Below are positions 61,193 to 64,000 of a stretch of 64,000 nt of DNA, one piece after another. Position 1 is the stretch's first letter. Every line of letters begins with the position of its first letter. The notes below the pieces were generated by a model. That model did no database searches. It was not told where the DNA came from and worked only from the letters and a program-made list of their open reading frames with translations. Position numbers and translations under genes: made by a program. Source of the DNA: Thermoplasmatales archaeon (lineage in GTDB: Archaea > Thermoplasmatota > Thermoplasmata > Thermoplasmatales > Thermoplasmataceae); NCBI GenBank assembly GCA_027310185.1, contig DAIDBH010000019.1:64001-128000 (forward strand), read 5' to 3'.

Positions 61193-61764
61193 TCAGCATG
61201 CAAAAAATTACTGAAGGGGAAGTTATCCCCCCTGAGGAATTTTCAAATATTTTAGAAGAAGAAAGAAGAAAAATCATTGCAATAAAAAAACACAGAAGAA
61301 TCTCAAGCAGGACTTTCAGCTATTTATTTGAGAACAGGGATACAATACTTAACCAGATCAATGAAATGATCATGATTGAGAATGTCCACGACAAGAAGGA
61401 AATAGATCACATATTAACAACTTATAACGAACTTATCCCGGGAAATCTGGAATTCAGTGTCTCAATGTTCATAGAGATCAGCGATGAGAGAAAATTGTTG
61501 CAGGAGATGCCAAGATTGACGGGAATAGAAAACAACGTTTACCTTGTGTTTGGCGATATGGAGATTAGAGGGACTCCGGAAGAAGGGCGGTCTACTGAAA
61601 CACTGGAATCAACCTTACAGTATTTGAGATTCAAATTTGACGGGAAGAAAGCTGATGATTTTAAGAAGGCAAGAACTGCATTCATTGTAACAAGGCATTC
61701 TATCTATAAGGAAAGTGCTGAAATTAATGAGAAGTTGCTTTCAGACCTGAAGAAAGAACTTTAA
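61189..61764 (+). CDS. DUF3501 family protein
   Basis: KKHRRI, LFENRDT..QI.EM..IE, YNELIP, MFIEI; coupled to rubrerythrin. Confidence 0.85.
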   Translation: MISMQKITEGEVIPPEEFSNILEEERRKIIAIKKHRRISSRTFSYLFENRDTILNQINEMIMIENVHDKKEIDHILTTYNELIPGNLEFSVSMFIEISDERKLLQEMPRLTGIENNVYLVFGDMEIRGTPEEGRSTETLESTLQYLRFKFDGKKADDFKKARTAFIVTRHSIYKESAEINEKLLSDLKKEL

Positions 61765-61863
61765 TTTTCTCTATTTCCAAATTTTTAAAGAATAAGAAGA
61801 GCTCAATGGAATGAAGGGAATGACCCGATAAGTTTTAAATAGGCATTAAAATTATCAATTCTT

Positions 61864-62763
61864 ATGATAGATGTGAATGGGGTCTTTTATTCATATAAGA
61901 AAAATGTAATCACATTAAGAAACATAACTAAAACTTTCGATCAGGGCAAGATATATGGCATCGTTGGTCCAAATGGTGCGGGAAAAACCACTCTATTGAA
62001 TCTAATGTCTGGAGTTCACACTCCGGGAGCCGGCAGGATACTAGTGGACAGTTATGATATAGTAAATGATAGGGAAGATTCCATAAAAAAAATAGGTCTT
62101 ATGCCGGACGGGTCATTTCTCGATCCTGACGAAAAGATAATTAACCAGATGGTACACTTTGCCTCCTATTATGATTTAACACTGAAAGAGGCCAGGGAAA
62201 GAGGGTTGAAGCTGATGGCAAAATTTGGTCTTCCTGAAGAATTTTCAAGAAAGTCCATGAGAAATCTGTCTCTTGGTCAGAGGAGACGGGTGGGACTGAC
62301 CATGGCTCTTCTTCATGATCCTGACAATATATTGATGGATGAACCTTACAATGGTTTCGATCCCTTTGGCATAAAGATGGTAACCGATATTATGCTGGAA
62401 GCAAGGAATAATGGTAAAACGGTTATAGTATCGTCTCACATACTCAAGGAGGTTCAGGCCATTGCAGATGAATTTGTATACCTGGAAAATGGGCAACTGC
62501 TTAAATCCATAGACATAGAAACCATGTCGAAAAATATTGGAAAAATATGGGTAAAGGTGTTAAATCCTGATGATAACCTGCTAAGACTCCTTCAGACATT
62601 TGGAACTGTCAGGAGAATAAACCAGGCCTATGAGATAACTACACCCTCGGACAATAAAGTCGAGACATCAGATATCAATAGTGCTCTCGTAAAGGAGAAC
62701 TACAGGGTAGATTCGATCTATTATGAAAAGAGGACAGTAGAGGACGAATTCTTCTCAAAATAA
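61864..62763 (+). CDS. ABC-2 type transporter ATP-binding protein
   Basis: GPNGAGKTT, LSLGQRRR, MDEP, SSH. Confidence 0.92.
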   Translation: MIDVNGVFYSYKKNVITLRNITKTFDQGKIYGIVGPNGAGKTTLLNLMSGVHTPGAGRILVDSYDIVNDREDSIKKIGLMPDGSFLDPDEKIINQMVHFASYYDLTLKEARERGLKLMAKFGLPEEFSRKSMRNLSLGQRRRVGLTMALLHDPDNILMDEPYNGFDPFGIKMVTDIMLEARNNGKTVIVSSHILKEVQAIADEFVYLENGQLLKSIDIETMSKNIGKIWVKVLNPDDNLLRLLQTFGTVRRINQAYEITTPSDNKVETSDINSALVKENYRVDSIYYEKRTVEDEFFSK

Positions 62764-62774
62764 CAAAATTATAG

Positions 62775-62846
62775 CAGGTCCACCGGGAATCGAACCCGGA
62801 TCATGGGCTCCGGAGGCCCATATGATATCCTTTACACCACGGACCT
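62775..62846 (-). tRNA. tRNA-Arg (CCG), CCA not encoded
   Basis: Minus strand AGGTCCG...TGGACCT-G, anticodon arm TGGGC-CTCCGGA-GCCCA, GGTTCGATTCC. Confidence 0.95.
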
Positions 62847-63345
62847 ATCTTTTGTAACCTATATTTCTCAGAAATTCTCTTCTTTTTCTCTTATCAGGTT
62901 CTGTTTCAACTCCAAGGGGAGAAAAACCATCTATAACACCGAGGATTGAACCACCGTTTTCTCCCCTGAAGACAACCGCAGAAATAGGATTGGCAGTTGC
63001 AGCAAATATCGTCCCAACTTCCTGGCAACCCTTGATCGCATTTAAAACTGTGATTGGAAACGCATCTCTTATCAATATCAGAAAGGTATGTCCGCATTTT
63101 AGATTTAACATATTCCTGATGCCTGCCTGTTCCAGCTCTGAATCGTTTGATTCAAACCTTACAAGCCTGTCTCCTGAAGCTTCGGAAAAAGTTATGGAAT
63201 ATGATGCTTTAGGAACATATGTTTTCATTATTTCCTCAAGGTCTTCAACAGTCTTTATGAAATGTGAATATCCCAGTATGAGATTACAACCCTTAGGGTT
63301 TTCCAGTTTTACTTCTTCGATATTGTCCATAAATAACCATGCCAT
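62845..63345 (-). CDS. Adenosine-specific kinase-like (DUF355) protein
   Basis: NLILGYSHFIKTVEDL, FSEASG, GHTF, FAATANP, GVIDG, IGYKR. Confidence 0.85.
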   Translation of the reverse strand: MAWLFMDNIEEVKLENPKGCNLILGYSHFIKTVEDLEEIMKTYVPKASYSITFSEASGDRLVRFESNDSELEQAGIRNMLNLKCGHTFLILIRDAFPITVLNAIKGCQEVGTIFAATANPISAVVFRGENGGSILGVIDGFSPLGVETEPDKRKRREFLRNIGYKR

Positions 63346-63378
63346 CCTGAGTTTAATATTTTTCTAAATTATACATTA

Positions 63379-64000
63379 TCAGTTGAGCAGTTTTAATACG
63401 ATACTGCCGTAAATTATAAGAACAAAAACAACAAGAACATCCAGTAAACTGTCAGGTACTATATACACCAGCATAAGCAGTCCTATGAAGAGTGCAGAGG
63501 TTGGCTCTTTTTTGTAGTAGTCACTTAATGTTGATATTATACTGGTCATGTTCCTTACCAGACCTTTCCTGTTCAGATTGATAAGAATCACTGAAACATA
63601 TGCAACTATTGTGAAAAGTGCGCTGATGTAGCCCCCAACAAATGGAATATAGGCAAAAATTAGTGAAATAAATGAAATGAAAGCAGCAATGAGGAATATT
63701 TCTCCTTTGGATGATAATGAATCCGAAAGTGATGTTCTTATTGAAAAAGAACCCTTATCTACTAGATCAGAAACCGAGAAGGTTTGCCAGAATATTGCAA
63801 GGACCAGGAAAAAATCCACTATTATATCACCGACAAATTCCACAAGGAATAGGTCCACATGGTAAAGCGGGGTTGCTGATTTCAAATAGACGGATATTAT
63901 ATCAAACTCACTGGCGTCCACAAGGACACCAAATACAGCCAGAATTATGTATCCAAATATAAAAGGCAAAACGATTGATGGCTCTTTTTCAATGAAATCC
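63379..64000 (-). CDS. Multi-pass membrane protein, 5'-truncated by the window edge
   Basis: Hydrophobic ORF; the frame stays open (DFIEKEPSIV) up to the right edge. Confidence 0.7.
   Translation of the reverse strand, partial: DFIEKEPSIVLPFIFGYIILAVFGVLVDASEFDIISVYLKSATPLYHVDLFLVEFVGDIIVDFFLVLAIFWQTFSVSDLVDKGSFSIRTSLSDSLSSKGEIFLIAAFISFISLIFAYIPFVGGYISALFTIVAYVSVILINLNRKGLVRNMTSIISTLSDYYKKEPTSALFIGLLMLVYIVPDSLLDVLVVFVLIIYGSIVLKLLN

Noticed and set aside
1-64000. CRISPR arrays, tandem repeat arrays, rRNA, prophage or integrase genes
   Set aside because: None were seen; the intergenic regions are short and show no regularly spaced repeats by eye.

Overview
AT-rich archaeal chromosomal segment. 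Gene content points to an acidophilic Thermoplasmatales member (Cuniculiplasma/Thermoplasma-like): TFB, Gar1, Pcc1, PriS, Dph6, an archaeal pilin, split transketolase, DUF929 and many apparently leaderless genes. The taxon is inferred, not proven. The window is densely coding and contains: non-oxidative pentose phosphate genes; a divergent FtsZ; a trehalose/maltose-type ABC transporter with a GH15 hydrolase; a thiolase-HBD-ECH operon; sulfur and redox genes; a LysW-dependent ornithine/arginine cluster (lysW-Y-Z-J-X-K, ACT regulator, argG-argH); an orphan DNA methyltransferase; an MMPL transporter; a sedolisin; rubrerythrin-DUF3501; and three tRNAs (Leu-CAA, Leu-CAG, Arg-CCG). No CRISPR array, rRNA, integrase or intact transposase was seen. 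The best candidates for undescribed biology are: (1) a three-gene locus led by a divergent SelO/YdiU-like (AMPylase-fold) pseudokinase, followed by a winged-helix/coiled-coil/helical-repeat protein and a membrane-anchored zinc-ribbon protein; (2) a trx-trxR-Rieske operon whose TrxR lacks the NADPH-binding motif, next to a divergent Cys-Cys regulator; (3) a sugar-binding protein with an internally relocated segment; (4) a tRNA-Arg that starts inside the stop codon of the upstream CDS; (5) two micro-ORFs flanking lysW. All family assignments were made by eye from remembered motifs; no database searches were run.
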